64,000 nucleotides of DNA from Methanocella sp. (GCA_050261115.1 JBLNCY010000057.1:60576-124575); one strand, 5' to 3'. Counted from the first letter of the stretch, positions 9,604-19,406 are shown. Notes: generated by a model not told the origin, from the letters alone. Numbers and translations: made by a program.

Positions 9604-10394
9604 TGTCATCACTTGTAACTAAAGTCAAAGTAAAGCAAATCGAAGCCCTACTAGAGAAAGGCACACGTATGGATGGTAGAGGCTTACTTGATACCCGCGA
9701 AATCAAAATCGAACAAGGCCTCATAGAGAAAGCCGAGGGCTCAGCTCGTGTGCTTTTGGGCAAAACCGAGGTGCTTGTCGGGGTTAAAGTCGAAACAGGC
9801 GAACCCTTCCCAGACACACCAAAAGAGGGCGTCATGACTGTTAACGCGGAACTTGTACCGCTTGCGTCGCCCCACTTTGAGCCAGGTCCACCTGACGAAA
9901 ACAGTATTGAACTTGCTCGTGTTGTTGACCGAGGCATTAGAGAATCGCATGCTGTTGATACAGAGAAGCTGTGCATCGAGGAAGGCAAAAAAGTCTTTGT
10001 TGTGTTTGTCGATGTCTATGTCCTTAACCATGACGGCAACCTAATTGACGCTTCTGCAATCGCGGCTATGGCGGCGCTCATGAACACCAAAATGCCTAAC
10101 TATGAAATCAAAGACGGCGAACTAAAGATCAAGCAAGGCTACACACCGCTACCCATGAAGAGCCACCCCGTTACAGTCACCATCGGCAAAATCAATGGTA
10201 AACTCGTTGTTGACCCTGCATTGGAAGAGGAATCCGTTATGGATTCGCGCATAACCTTTGCATCTAATGAGGACGGAAACATCTGTGCTATCCAGAAGGG
10301 TCTGTCAGGCTTTTTCTCACCGCAACAGATTTTAGATGCCTCAAAGATTGCTCTGGACAAAGCAGTCGAATTAAGAAAGAAACTAAACTGGTGA
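9603..10394 (+). CDS. rrp42: Exosome subunit Rrp42
   Basis: RMDGRG, FEPGPPDENSIELARVVDRGIRES, HDGNLIDA. Confidence 0.97.
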   Translation: MSSLVTKVKVKQIEALLEKGTRMDGRGLLDTREIKIEQGLIEKAEGSARVLLGKTEVLVGVKVETGEPFPDTPKEGVMTVNAELVPLASPHFEPGPPDENSIELARVVDRGIRESHAVDTEKLCIEEGKKVFVVFVDVYVLNHDGNLIDASAIAAMAALMNTKMPNYEIKDGELKIKQGYTPLPMKSHPVTVTIGKINGKLVVDPALEEESVMDSRITFASNEDGNICAIQKGLSGFFSPQQILDASKIALDKAVELRKKLNW

Positions 10395-10400
10395 AAATAG

Positions 10401-10748
10401 TTGCCCAAGACAAAAAAAGTTGGTCCAACTCGAGGGTTCGGTCCTCGATACGGTTCCACTGTAAGAAAACGCTACGTCAAAGTCATAACTGAACTCAAAA
10501 AGCCACACAGATGCCCCCAATGCGGGTTTGTCCGTGTTAAACGCGAAAGCGTTGGCATCTGGGTATGCGGCAAATGCGCCTACACCTTCTCTGGCGGAGC
10601 GTACACTCCACACACGAAACTCGGCGCCGTTGCAAAACGTGCAGCTAAAGGCGGTCTAGAAGTTGAAGCGGCCCAAGCGCAGGTACCAGTAGTGGAAGCC
10701 GAAGAAGTTGAAGCCGCTGAAGAGGCAACTGAAGAAACCACCGAGTAA
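10401..10748 (+). CDS. rpl37ae: 50S ribosomal protein L37Ae (eL43) with acidic C-terminal tail
   Basis: GFGPRYG, CPQC...VGIWVCGKC, GGAY; TTG start after GGTGA. Confidence 0.93.
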   Translation: MPKTKKVGPTRGFGPRYGSTVRKRYVKVITELKKPHRCPQCGFVRVKRESVGIWVCGKCAYTFSGGAYTPHTKLGAVAKRAAKGGLEVEAAQAQVPVVEAEEVEAAEEATEETTE

Positions 10749-10802
10749 ACCTCTCTTCTTTTAACCTATTTTTATTAACTCATTCTATACTTAGGGTACG
10801 TT

Positions 10803-11060
10803 ATGTCAATTAGAACCTCAACCGCTGTCAATTTGCAGTTCACCGACGCAAAACAAATCGATATACTCCTATCCGCGTTATCTCCCGAAGCAATGGCGCC
10901 GGCGACTCGACGATCATGTGTCACCTTGAATAGGGATGGTGTGTGTTTGAGGTTAACTGTTGAAGCCGAAGACACTGTTGCGTTAAGGGCTACTCTAAAC
11001 ACTTATCTGCGCTGGATAAACTCCGCCCTAAACGTCCTTGAAGCGATTAAGAAAGCTTAA
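10803..11060 (+). CDS. pcc1: KEOPS complex subunit Pcc1
   Basis: ALSPE...LTVEAEDTVALRATLNTYLRW; position in the exosome superoperon. Confidence 0.85.
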   Translation: MSIRTSTAVNLQFTDAKQIDILLSALSPEAMAPATRRSCVTLNRDGVCLRLTVEAEDTVALRATLNTYLRWINSALNVLEAIKKA

Positions 11061-11074
11061 CTGTAATGGCGAGG

Positions 11075-11141
11075 GTTCTGTTGCTCTTGCGACCTACCCT
11101 CTCCCTTATATATAACCAACCATGGGTTTAACCTATGATTC
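11075..11141 (+). repeat. Dispersed ~68-bp intergenic element, copy 2
   Basis: gttctgttgctcttgcgacctaccctctcccttatatataaccaaccatgggtttaacctatgattc, between convergent genes. Confidence 0.85.
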
Positions 11142-11195
11142 GGGTATTTTGGCAAAATTTTAATATGTACTAAGCTAACGGCTGGCGGTAGCTAA

Positions 11196-11627
11196 TCACA
11201 GGTTACCCCGTTTCCACACCTTTACTGTCTCATAGGCGAGAAACACAACAATGACCGACGTAGCAACCAAAGAAAAAACATATGCCTGATACAACACTGA
11301 CGGCCGAAGAACCGTTAATTCAATCAATAAAACTGCGACTGCAAACATTGTATAAAAGAAGTATCTTGGAACTAAGAATCGGCTAATCTTTACACTGTTC
11401 TCCAGTAGGTATTTATTGACTGTGAATCCGCCTGTTTCCCTTTTGAGTAACCCTGCATCCTCCAGCTTGGAAAGATGGTAGGTGGCAACTGAAGAACTGC
11501 TGAAATTCATCGCCCTCTGTAACTCGCGGGTACCGACGGGTTTGCGACTTTTAAGGAGAAACCGATACACTTCAAGAGTCGTACCCTTTAGCACTTCTTT
11601 TGATTCATCGGTAACCTCAGAGTTCAT
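11196..11627 (-). CDS. Winged-HTH protein with two C-terminal TM helices (putative membrane-anchored regulator)
   Basis: LKGTTLEVYRFLL...GTRELQRAMNFSSSSVATYHLSKLEDAGL followed by two hydrophobic segments. Confidence 0.75.
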   Translation of the reverse strand: MNSEVTDESKEVLKGTTLEVYRFLLKSRKPVGTRELQRAMNFSSSSVATYHLSKLEDAGLLKRETGGFTVNKYLLENSVKISRFLVPRYFFYTMFAVAVLLIELTVLRPSVLYQAYVFSLVATSVIVVFLAYETVKVWKRGNL

Positions 11628-11768
11628 AATGCCAACAATACACTTTAAAAGATTTAAGACCTATCCCTTTCACTCCTCAGGGCTTGATGTTCGAGAATTA
11701 GAACACTTTTTCTAAAAAATACGATTAAATAAACGTCTGCGCCTTCAATATGGTAAGGTTCAGATAGA

Positions 11769-12029
11769 TTGAACTATAAGACTCTGCTAGCTCCATTGTT
11801 CGGGGTTGTTTTGGCTTTGTTGATAGCAATGGCTGTGATTCCGTATTGGCCTCAAGACCAACCCCAAGTTGCGCCGAGCCCAACTCCGCTACCTATCACG
11901 GGAACCCCTCCTCCGATCCAAGTTCCTTCTGCGGCAAACCTCTACTATTTTCCACCAATGATGCTCCTGCTAATTGCGGTAATCGTCGTCGCCTTGATTA
12001 TTCTTCTATATTTCCGAAAAGAACCATAG
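11769..12029 (+). CDS. Small membrane protein (TM, Pro-rich linker, TM)
   Basis: Two hydrophobic stretches flanking PSPTPLPITGTPPP; TTG start. Confidence 0.6.
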   Translation: MNYKTLLAPLFGVVLALLIAMAVIPYWPQDQPQVAPSPTPLPITGTPPPIQVPSAANLYYFPPMMLLLIAVIVVALIILLYFRKEP

Positions 12030-12125
12030 TGGCAGCTCTTTCTTGCTGTGCTAAAAAGAGAACACTCTGCACTAAAGCATTGCATTAAGTACTGCACTTT
12101 CCCTAGAAGTAATAGAAGTGGCAAA

Positions 12126-12740
12126 ATGTCAACCGCTGCCTCGTACCCCATAATTCAACTCTACATCATGCTGTTGAGCATCTGTGTAATTGTCGCGATA
12201 GCAGTGTTTTGGAAATACCCTTCATTGAGGGTTTACCGCCGAAAACGCAATGTAGCAATTTACACTATTGTCCTTCTTGTATTCGGCCTAATAGCATATC
12301 AAGCCTACAATGCATCTCTGGGGCCAAATTTTATCTCGTTTAGTATACAAAAAACCCAAAACATCATCTACGTTGGAGAACAAAACCATTTCTTTGTAAC
12401 CTGCCGTAGTGAAGGTGCCAGAGAAGTCCACTTTTATATGACCATCAATGCGAAAAATGCAACGCTCCAAACAAATGGGCATGAGGGCTATATACAGCTA
12501 AACGAAACAGCGATAAAAATTCCATTCACTTTTCACGGAAACGGAGAACAAGCGCAGCCTGTATTCTTCACTGTTAACCCAAACGTTAGTAGTATCTCAT
12601 TCTATCCTCGCATTGAACGCCTAGACGGTGCTAAGATAGCTGTCATGACATATCTAAGCGAAATCCAATGCACCTTTGACCCCTCATCAAATAGTTATGT
12701 GATGGCTGCTTCAGTTTCTCAGCCGACTGCTGTTCCCTAA
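12126..12740 (+). CDS. Hypothetical membrane protein (2 TM plus extracellular beta-rich domain)
   Basis: Two N-terminal TM segments; ATG at 12126 preferred over GTG at 12048. Confidence 0.6.
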   Translation: MSTAASYPIIQLYIMLLSICVIVAIAVFWKYPSLRVYRRKRNVAIYTIVLLVFGLIAYQAYNASLGPNFISFSIQKTQNIIYVGEQNHFFVTCRSEGAREVHFYMTINAKNATLQTNGHEGYIQLNETAIKIPFTFHGNGEQAQPVFFTVNPNVSSISFYPRIERLDGAKIAVMTYLSEIQCTFDPSSNSYVMAASVSQPTAVP

Positions 12741-12755
12741 TGGAGTAAGAATGGC

Positions 12756-13097
12756 ATGGCTGTTTGGGTTGTTTCTATGTTGATTGCCGCAATACCTTTT
12801 GTGATACTTAGACTATCTTGTTCGTTAACCACCGACGGATTACAAAGGAATTTAGGGCTATCCCGAGTTTTTGGAACGTTTGTTCTGGGTGGGCCTTATT
12901 GTCATGTTTGCTTCTGTCTCATTTGTTGGCTGGCTGGGCGGGGGTATTCTTAGTTATCATCTGCTTCCCCACTCTCTCCCTTTGAGCTGTTGTATATCCC
13001 CGTTCAGCTTCTTGGGCTATGTATAGGCTCGCTTAGCATCGCCATACTATTGACTGTTATAGGTGCCAGAAACAAAAAGAAAAAACAAGGCCATTAA
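12756..13097 (+). pseudogene. Disrupted multi-TM membrane protein gene
   Basis: In-frame TAG at 12951-12953; TM-like peptide LFWVGLIVMFASVSFVGWLGGGIL lies in a shifted frame; TM plus basic tail (..IAILLTVIGARNKKKKQGH*) follows. Confidence 0.4.
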
Positions 13098-13106
13098 TTC
13101 ACCAAG

Positions 13107-14285
13107 TTACAGCTTCCCAATTACTGTCCCGTTCCAGTAAATCAACCGATCATAGCGCGACTTTTGCATCCGTGCGGGGTCATCATAAACTATGTCAAAA
13201 TCAGCGCCGTACTGCATAGTCAGATTCTGGACGTCACCATATATGCCTGCGGATAGGCTGTCGGAGCCCCAGAGTCCCCAGATGGTGTCAGTTGCGCTTC
13301 CAAACTTGTAACCATAGTTGGCGGGCAAAACATAGGCTGTCTTGACGTTTTCATGGTTCCTGTTGGCTGGGGGGTGGGTTTGTATGTGATTCCAGAATGT
13401 TTTCAGCGTGTCTAGGTGTTCGGTGGTTAGGATGCCATATTGGGCTGAGGGTATCTCTGGATAGTTAAAGACGATGGCAAACTTGGCGCCGTTGTTGTAG
13501 GCAAGTAGTAGGTCATTGTACATTGAGGCGCCGTCTTGTAGGTAGGGTGAACCGCTATGGTTGGTGTAGGTCCAGGTTATAATGGCGCCCCAATCCCTCT
13601 CAAACGCCCGTGCCGCACCCCTAACAAACGCGATCTGCTGTTGTCGGCTATTGTTCCATCCAAATTCAGCTAAGACGGCATCGTAGCCTGCTTGGTAATC
13701 AAACCAGTACAAGCCATAATCAGCCGTTAAAACACGCTGCCCCGCATCCTGATAGTACCTTATCTCGGGGCTCAGAACGCTAACGTACTTTTCTGCGGCT
13801 TCTTTGTGGCTTTCTGCACTGGTGACCTCTTGATAGCGGCTACGGTCTAGCTGATCTCCGCCCGGTTCGTCCCACCGATAAACAGCTACAAACTTGTCGC
13901 CATACCTTGCCTTTGCGTCTGAGACCCACTGTGCTGGCGTATAGTCCTCCCAACCACTGTACTGGGTGAGGTTAGTGAATAGCACTACAAAGTTTAGACC
14001 CGCTTCGATTATGTAGTTGCAGCTTAAATCAAGCAGAGTTCGGTTTATAGAAACCTCCGGCAACCCCAGAACAACTATGTTAGTGTAGCCTTTGACTTCG
14101 TTGACAACGGCTTCTAGGTCTTCAAAGTTTCCGTATGCAACCTCAACGCCCACAAAAAACTCAGACAACCCACCCCCTGCATCAAACCGCAAAGAAAAAA
14201 ACATCGCCAAAAAGACTGTAAATATAAGTATTCCTGACAAGGCGATTTTTTGTTTTCCCAAGAACTCTCTTGATTTAGCTCGCAT
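13107..14285 (-). CDS. Hypothetical membrane-anchored secreted protein (possible glycoside hydrolase-like TIM barrel)
   Basis: N-terminal TM; YRWDEPGGDQLD, TADYGLYWFDY.AGYD.VLAEFGWN and WGAIITWTY motifs; N-glycosylation sequons. Confidence 0.7.
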   Translation of the reverse strand: MRAKSREFLGKQKIALSGILIFTVFLAMFFSLRFDAGGGLSEFFVGVEVAYGNFEDLEAVVNEVKGYTNIVVLGLPEVSINRTLLDLSCNYIIEAGLNFVVLFTNLTQYSGWEDYTPAQWVSDAKARYGDKFVAVYRWDEPGGDQLDRSRYQEVTSAESHKEAAEKYVSVLSPEIRYYQDAGQRVLTADYGLYWFDYQAGYDAVLAEFGWNNSRQQQIAFVRGAARAFERDWGAIITWTYTNHSGSPYLQDGASMYNDLLLAYNNGAKFAIVFNYPEIPSAQYGILTTEHLDTLKTFWNHIQTHPPANRNHENVKTAYVLPANYGYKFGSATDTIWGLWGSDSLSAGIYGDVQNLTMQYGADFDIVYDDPARMQKSRYDRLIYWNGTVIGKL

Positions 14286-14349
14286 GCAAAGAAATATGCG
14301 CTAGATTCAAGAAAAGCTTTGTCGAAAACCGCTTGTAGCAGCTTATTCG

Positions 14350-14363
14350 AGGGGGGGCTATGG
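14350..14363 (-). repeat. Degenerate remnant of the dispersed element (G-run segment only)
   Basis: AGGGGGGGCTATGG versus AGGGGGGGTCTATGG in copy 1; similar distance upstream of an operon. Confidence 0.35.
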
Positions 14364-14524
14364 AAACTTTGCGCATTGAAAAGCGGTGCTGTTGATGGAT
14401 TGCTTATCGGCTGATTGTTTATCTTGGTTGTTAGCCCTCAAATAATATGTCCTTGGTACATATGTTGTGCCCATTAGGTTTGGCTAATTGTATTTTTGCT
14501 AAAATATACGGGTTCCTTGTCTAG

Positions 14525-14540
14525 GGAAGGTTTAAATAAA
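14525..14540 (+). promoter_or_regulatory. Putative BRE/TATA box of the rps13 operon
   Basis: GGAAGG-TTTAAATA about 55-70 nt upstream of the rps13 ATG. Confidence 0.5.
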
Positions 14541-14593
14541 CACCAAGTCATTTCGTATATGCTTCAAAGTTAAAAAACGGATGAAAATTCAGC

Positions 14594-15073
14594 ATGTCAC
14601 AGGAATACCGCTATATTGTTCGTATCATGGGTACAGACGTTCAAGGTACCTTAAAGACTTCCTACGCAGTCGCGCATGTCAAAGGGATAAGCAATAGCCT
14701 TGCTAACGCAGTCATCAAAAAAGCAGGCGTAAATCCAGACCTGCGCGTTGGCTTAATTACTGAATCAGACATCGCAAAAATTGAGGATGTCATCCGGGAC
14801 CCCGTAAGATACGGCATACCCGGCTGGATGTTTAACCGCCGAAAAGACATAGAAACCGGCAAAGACCAACACGTTCTAAGCGCAGACTTAGCATTCAAAA
14901 TTAAAACAGATATTGACTTAGCCAAAGAAATCAGGTCCTGGCGTGGATACCGCCATGCATACAGCCTGAAAGTAAGGGGCCAAAGAACCAAGACCACCGG
15001 ACGCCAAGGCAAATCTCTCGGAGTTAAGAAAAAGGCCGTCCAAGGAAAGCCTGGCGCTGAAGGAGGCAAATAA
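14594..15073 (+). CDS. rps13: 30S ribosomal protein S13 (uS13)
   Basis: [25 protein letters not shown]. Confidence 0.97.
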   Translation: MSQEYRYIVRIMGTDVQGTLKTSYAVAHVKGISNSLANAVIKKAGVNPDLRVGLITESDIAKIEDVIRDPVRYGIPGWMFNRRKDIETGKDQHVLSADLAFKIKTDIDLAKEIRSWRGYRHAYSLKVRGQRTKTTGRQGKSLGVKKKAVQGKPGAEGGK

Positions 15074-15075
15074 GC

Positions 15076-15666
15076 ATGGGAGATCCAAAGAAGCAGCGTA
15101 AGAAATTCGAGACGCCACGGTTCCAATGGCGCAAAGACGTTCTCCAAGAAGAACTTAAACTCCTCGGACAATATGGCTTACGAAACAAACATGAACTCTG
15201 GCGCCACAAAACCACCCTATCCAAAGCCAGAGGCATCGCACGTTCACTCATCAGCAAATCAACCGAAGAACGCGCAAAAATGGAAAACGAACTCCTCAGC
15301 CAACTTAAAAAGAAAGGCATCCTACAGGAAACCGCAGTACTCGACAATGTACTCGACTTAACCATCGAGGACATACTCGAACGCAGGCTACAAACAATTG
15401 TTTTCCGCAAAGGCTTAGCACGTACAAGCTTCCAAGCGCGTCAACTAATCACACACGGCCATGTTAGCATCGATGGTCGCAGAGTAACAATCCCAGGCTA
15501 CATCGTACAAAAAGACGAAGAAGCAAAGATCGCATACACGGCTGATAGCCCGGTAGCAAATCAGGAACACGCATTACGTGTCGGCTTAACAGTAGTTGCC
15601 AAACAACCCGAACTAAGGCAGCAAGGTAGAGGCCGAAGAGGCGGACGCGGAGGCGGCAGATTTTGA
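15076..15666 (+). CDS. rps4: 30S ribosomal protein S4 (uS4)
   Basis: [41 protein letters not shown]. Confidence 0.97.
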   Translation: MGDPKKQRKKFETPRFQWRKDVLQEELKLLGQYGLRNKHELWRHKTTLSKARGIARSLISKSTEERAKMENELLSQLKKKGILQETAVLDNVLDLTIEDILERRLQTIVFRKGLARTSFQARQLITHGHVSIDGRRVTIPGYIVQKDEEAKIAYTADSPVANQEHALRVGLTVVAKQPELRQQGRGRRGGRGGGRF

Positions 15667-16073
15667 GCATCAACCCAAACAGCAAACGTAACGACAAGTG
15701 GGCAATCGTCCACATATACAGCTCCTACAACAACACCCTAATCCACATAACCGACATATCCGGCGCAGAAACTATCGCACGCACAACCGGCGGCATGTTC
15801 GTCAAAGCCGACCGCATGGAATCCTCACCCTATGCAGCCATGCGTGCAGCAACAGGCGCAGCAGAAATCGCCCGCGACAAAGGCATCACCGCAATCCACA
15901 TCAAAGTCCGCGCACCAGGCGGATCAGGACCCCGAACACCTGGCCCCGGTGCACAAGCAGCAATCAGAGCCCTAGCAAGATTTGGCTTCCGTATTGAACG
16001 AATCGAAGAAGTCACCCCGGTCCCACACGACGGCACAAGACGCCCCGGTGGCAGAAGAGGAAGAAGAGTCTAA
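15663..16073 (+). CDS. rps11: 30S ribosomal protein S11 (uS11)
   Basis: [44 protein letters not shown]. Confidence 0.97.
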   Translation: MSINPNSKRNDKWAIVHIYSSYNNTLIHITDISGAETIARTTGGMFVKADRMESSPYAAMRAATGAAEIARDKGITAIHIKVRAPGGSGPRTPGPGAQAAIRALARFGFRIERIEEVTPVPHDGTRRPGGRRGRRV

Positions 16074-16179
16074 CTCTCCTTATCCCCAATTTGTTAAGGC
16101 GAAAAATACAAATAATGCACCGAAATATCGTATTGACCGCAACGGCAATTATAGTAACCTTATTGGAGTGTCCCAGCAA

Positions 16180-16995
16180 GTGAAGATAGAAATCTTGGAA
16201 AAAAACGATACTAATCTCCGTATAGTCGTAAAAGACGCGGACGTTCCCCTAATGAATGCTCTGCGTCGCTTAGCACTTGCTGAAGTCCCCTGCATGGCAA
16301 TCGAAGAAGTTGTCATGATAGAAAACAGCTCAATTCTACAAGACGAAATAATTGCACATCGCCTCGGCTTAACGCCGCTCCGCACCGATCTTGACGCATA
16401 CAACCTGCCCGAGGAATGCGAATGCCAAAGCGAATTCGGCTGCCCCCAATGCCGAGTAACCCTAACACTTGACGCTGAGGCAAAAGACGGAACAAGAACC
16501 GTATACAGCGGCGAAATCGTCTCTGAAAACCCCGAAATTCTACCGGTATCAGACAAAATCCCAATTATCAAACTGGCCAAGAACCAAAAGCTAAAGCTCG
16601 AAGCCTACGCACGGCTCGGTAAAGGCAAAACCCACGCAAAGTGGCAGCCAGTTTCCATGTGCACATACAAGTACTATCCAAAAATCACGGTTCCAGAAGA
16701 GAACTGTGAAGACTGCACAAAATGCGCGGACATATGCCCCAAACGGGTCTATGCGGTGAAAGACGGCAAAGTTGACGTCCGAGACCTATTGGCCTGCAAT
16801 TTATGTATGGACTGCGTTGAAGCATGCCCAAAGAAGCCTTCCCCAATAAAGGTCGAATGGGAAAAGAACCAATTCATCATGAATGTTGAATCTACAGGTG
16901 CGCTTCCACCCGAGCGAGTGCTCAAAGAAGCCACTAAACTGTTAGGTAAACAATTAAACGAGTTTAAAGAACAAATCAAGGCGACACAACAATGA
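16180..16995 (+). CDS. rpoD: DNA-directed RNA polymerase subunit D (Rpo3) with ferredoxin-like Fe-S domain
   Basis: NALRRLALAEVP, DEIIAHRLGL, HAKWQP, CEDCTKCADICP and CNLCMDCVEACP; GTG at 16180 is the likely start. Confidence 0.95.
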   Translation: MKIEILEKNDTNLRIVVKDADVPLMNALRRLALAEVPCMAIEEVVMIENSSILQDEIIAHRLGLTPLRTDLDAYNLPEECECQSEFGCPQCRVTLTLDAEAKDGTRTVYSGEIVSENPEILPVSDKIPIIKLAKNQKLKLEAYARLGKGKTHAKWQPVSMCTYKYYPKITVPEENCEDCTKCADICPKRVYAVKDGKVDVRDLLACNLCMDCVEACPKKPSPIKVEWEKNQFIMNVESTGALPPERVLKEATKLLGKQLNEFKEQIKATQQ

Positions 16996-17354
16996 GAAAA
17001 ACAAAATCAACCAACCCACAACTAGTCGAACTTATCAGTCTTCTACGTAAAACCAGCAAAGAGCAAGAAGCTCCAATCTGGGCTGACGTAGCTGACACAC
17101 TTGCACACACACGCCGCCAACGAACCGTCATAAACCTCAGCAACATCAACCGATGCACCGAGCAAGCAGACGTCGTCGTTGTTCCAGGCAAAGTTTTAGC
17201 TTCAGGCGCCCTAGATCACACTGTAACCGTCGCCGCCTTCGAGGCTTCTGGCGCAGCAAAAGCCAAGCTTGAAGCATCAAAAGGAAAACTAATCTCAATC
17301 CCAGAGCTCCTATCGCAAAATCCAAAGGGCTCTAAAGTAAAAATCGTCCGGTGA
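16992..17354 (+). CDS. rpl18e: 50S ribosomal protein L18e
   Basis: STNPQL, INLSNINR, VVVPGKVL, NPKGS. Confidence 0.95.
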   Translation: MRKTKSTNPQLVELISLLRKTSKEQEAPIWADVADTLAHTRRQRTVINLSNINRCTEQADVVVVPGKVLASGALDHTVTVAAFEASGAAKAKLEASKGKLISIPELLSQNPKGSKVKIVR

Positions 17355-17361
17355 AAATAAA

Positions 17362-17814
17362 ATGGCACAAACAACAAATAAATCCACAGTTACCTTGGTG
17401 AACGCTGAAGGCCAAATTGTAGGCCGCATGTGCAGCAAAATCGCCAAACTGCTCCTAAACGGCGAAGAAGTCATCATACTTAACGCTGAAAAGGCAGTGT
17501 TTTCCGGTAAGAAAAAGAGCAAAATCGCTGAAGCACACCTATTCCTAGAAGTAGGTGCGCCCTCCCGTGGTCCATTTCACTACCGTAGACCCGACCGTTT
17601 CCTACGTAAAACAGTTCGCGGTATGCTGCCCTTTAAGCAGCCTAAGGGCGTAGCCGCCTATAAGCGTCTAAAAGCCTTCATGGGTGTGCCCCCAGAGTTT
17701 GCAGGTAAAAAAATGATCTCTTTCGATGACGCCCAATCAACAGATTTGAAAGGGCCACACTTTACCTTAGCCGAACTCGCCAAAGAGATCGGCTGGAGAA
17801 ACAGGATGGAATAA
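17362..17814 (+). CDS. rpl13: 50S ribosomal protein L13 (uL13)
   Basis: NAEGQIVGR, NAEKAV, RPDRFLRKTVRGMLP. Confidence 0.95.
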   Translation: MAQTTNKSTVTLVNAEGQIVGRMCSKIAKLLLNGEEVIILNAEKAVFSGKKKSKIAEAHLFLEVGAPSRGPFHYRRPDRFLRKTVRGMLPFKQPKGVAAYKRLKAFMGVPPEFAGKKMISFDDAQSTDLKGPHFTLAELAKEIGWRNRME

Positions 17815-17816
17815 TT

Positions 17817-18236
17817 ATGCCAACAACACCAGCAAAGAAAGTCCTCGTAGTAAGTGGGAAAAGAAAAACAGCTGTAGCCCGAGCAATCATAAAGCAGGGC
17901 GCAGGCAAAGTCCGCATAAACATGACTCCAGTTGAAATATACTCGCCAGAGATTGCAAAAGCAAAAATCATGGAGCCACTCCTCCAAGCTGGCGGAGATG
18001 TCTGGACACAGCTAGACATGGACGTTAAAACCAGCGGTGGCGGCTATATGGGTCAAGCAGAGGCAGCCCGTATGGCAATCGCAAACGGCATCCTCAAATG
18101 GACCAAGAGCACGCATCTACGCACTGTCTTCAACGAATATGATCGCACAATGGTTGCGGGTGACTCTCGTACAAAAGAGACAAAGAAGGTTGGCGGAGCA
18201 GGCGCAAGGGCTAAAGAACAGAAATCATACCGATAA
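17817..18236 (+). CDS. rps9: 30S ribosomal protein S9 (uS9)
   Basis: SGKRKTAVARA, GGGYMGQAEA, GARAKEQKSYR. Confidence 0.97.
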   Translation: MPTTPAKKVLVVSGKRKTAVARAIIKQGAGKVRINMTPVEIYSPEIAKAKIMEPLLQAGGDVWTQLDMDVKTSGGGYMGQAEAARMAIANGILKWTKSTHLRTVFNEYDRTMVAGDSRTKETKKVGGAGARAKEQKSYR

Positions 18237-18251
18237 GGAGAGAAAGAAATA

Positions 18252-18482
18252 GTGATTATTCCCGTAAGATGCTTCACCTGCGGCAAGTTGGTTGGAGACC
18301 GATGGGACGAATTCACACGCCGAATCAAGACCGGCGAAAACGCAAGCGACGTACTAGACAGCCTTGGCCTTAAGCGCTACTGTTGCCGTCGTATGCTTCT
18401 CTCTAACGTCGAGATTATCGACGAAGTTCTGCGCTTCTATGAAGAAGCAGAGAAACGTAAAGAAGCCCGAAACTTCTACTAA
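18252..18482 (+). CDS. rpoN: RNA polymerase subunit N (Rpo10)
   Basis: [11 protein letters not shown]...RYCCRRMLL. Confidence 0.97.
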   Translation: MIIPVRCFTCGKLVGDRWDEFTRRIKTGENASDVLDSLGLKRYCCRRMLLSNVEIIDEVLRFYEEAEKRKEARNFY

Positions 18483-18488
18483 ACTACA

Positions 18489-18520
18489 GTAAACCCTCCT
18501 TTAGGGTTACTATTTTTATT
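18489..18520 (+). terminator. Hairpin plus T-tract after rpoN
   Basis: GTAAACCCT/AGGGTTAC imperfect stem followed by TATTTTTATT. Confidence 0.45.
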
Positions 18521-18578
18521 AATTCTGTTTTGTCGCTGTTACTGTAGCGTGCTGTACTGGGTCTCCAGTAGACAACCT

Positions 18579-18613
18579 TGTTGCTATATCATGCGACCCT
18601 CCATTAGATAGAG
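18579..18613 (+). repeat. Degenerate copy of the dispersed element lacking the palindrome
   Basis: tgttgctatatcatgcgaccctccattagatagag aligns with TGTTGCT...GACCC.CC.TTATATATAGAG. Confidence 0.4.
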
Positions 18614-18692
18614 GCGGCTTGAGTGGGACCTAGGAAGCCGTTCTGTTGGCATTAAAAATTGCTTTAATGTTTGTACTTTTATGGAAAATAGT

Positions 18693-19406
18693 TTAGAAGA
18701 AATTTGTCAGGGACATATTTGGGCTTGGCGGCTCAGCTGTACCCAGCATGTAGGTTGGGTGTTTTTCAAGGTTGAGTTCTGCTGTGTAGGGTGCTTTTTG
18801 GTAGGATAGGACGGTGTTGGCTTTTGATAGAGCCATTTCTTTTAGGGCGATGTTTCTGATGCTGCCCTCACGGTTTAGGTAGGTTGCCACGATTATTATT
18901 TGATGTTTCTCTGCGAGGTAAACGAGATAGTTGATTATTTGGGTGTAGACTCGCTGGATTTCTTCTTTTGGGAAGGCACTGATGAGGAATAAGTTTGCAA
19001 TGTCTGAGACAACTACGAGTTTAGCGTTGCATGCCTTAATTTTTTCCTCTAACTTTTCTGTTATGAATGAGGTTAGTTGGTATAAGGTAAAGGCGCTGAA
19101 GTTGAGGATGCGTTGGCGTGCAATCTGAGCGTTTATGTGGTTTTGTTTTGCGAATTGGGCAATTTCTTCTGGTCTAAAGGTGCTTGCGGTGTCAATGTAG
19201 ATGACGTTGCTTGATAGGCCGCCGAGCTGTGTCGGTAGTTGCGCTCGTACGCAAAGCAGTGAAACTAAGGAAGACATTGATGGTGACCCGTAGATGACGG
19301 CGAATTCTCCTGGCGTGAAGCCTGGGAAGAGGTAGTCGACTTCTGGTGTGTTGAATGTGAATTTCTGTTGCGCCGTTTGGGGCTTTACCATCATTTTCTG
19401 CATCAT
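18693..19406 (-). CDS. Inactivated RadA/Rad51-like protein
   Basis: GFTPGEFAVIYG, QLPTQLGGLSSNVIYIDTASTFRPE, AFTLYQL and LVVVSDI recognisable; Walker A degenerate (YGSPSMSS, no GKT). Confidence 0.75.
   Translation of the reverse strand: MMQKMMVKPQTAQQKFTFNTPEVDYLFPGFTPGEFAVIYGSPSMSSLVSLLCVRAQLPTQLGGLSSNVIYIDTASTFRPEEIAQFAKQNHINAQIARQRILNFSAFTLYQLTSFITEKLEEKIKACNAKLVVVSDIANLFLISAFPKEEIQRVYTQIINYLVYLAEKHQIIIVATYLNREGSIRNIALKEMALSKANTVLSYQKAPYTAELNLEKHPTYMLGTAEPPSPNMSLTNFF

Noticed and set aside
12951-12953. In-frame TAG (and TGA at 19985) as pyrrolysine or selenocysteine recoding
   Set aside because: The surrounding sequence looks frameshift-degraded, there is no catalytic context, and no pyl/sel genes are in the window.
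15982-16179. N-terminal extension of RpoD given by the ORF track
   Set aside because: It overlaps rps11; homology starts at GTG 16180 after a GGAG RBS.
18555-18645. Possible tRNA after rpoN (hairpins TACTGG/CCAGTA and CGGCTT/AAGCCG)
   Set aside because: No cloverleaf, no TTCRA T-loop and no acceptor stem.
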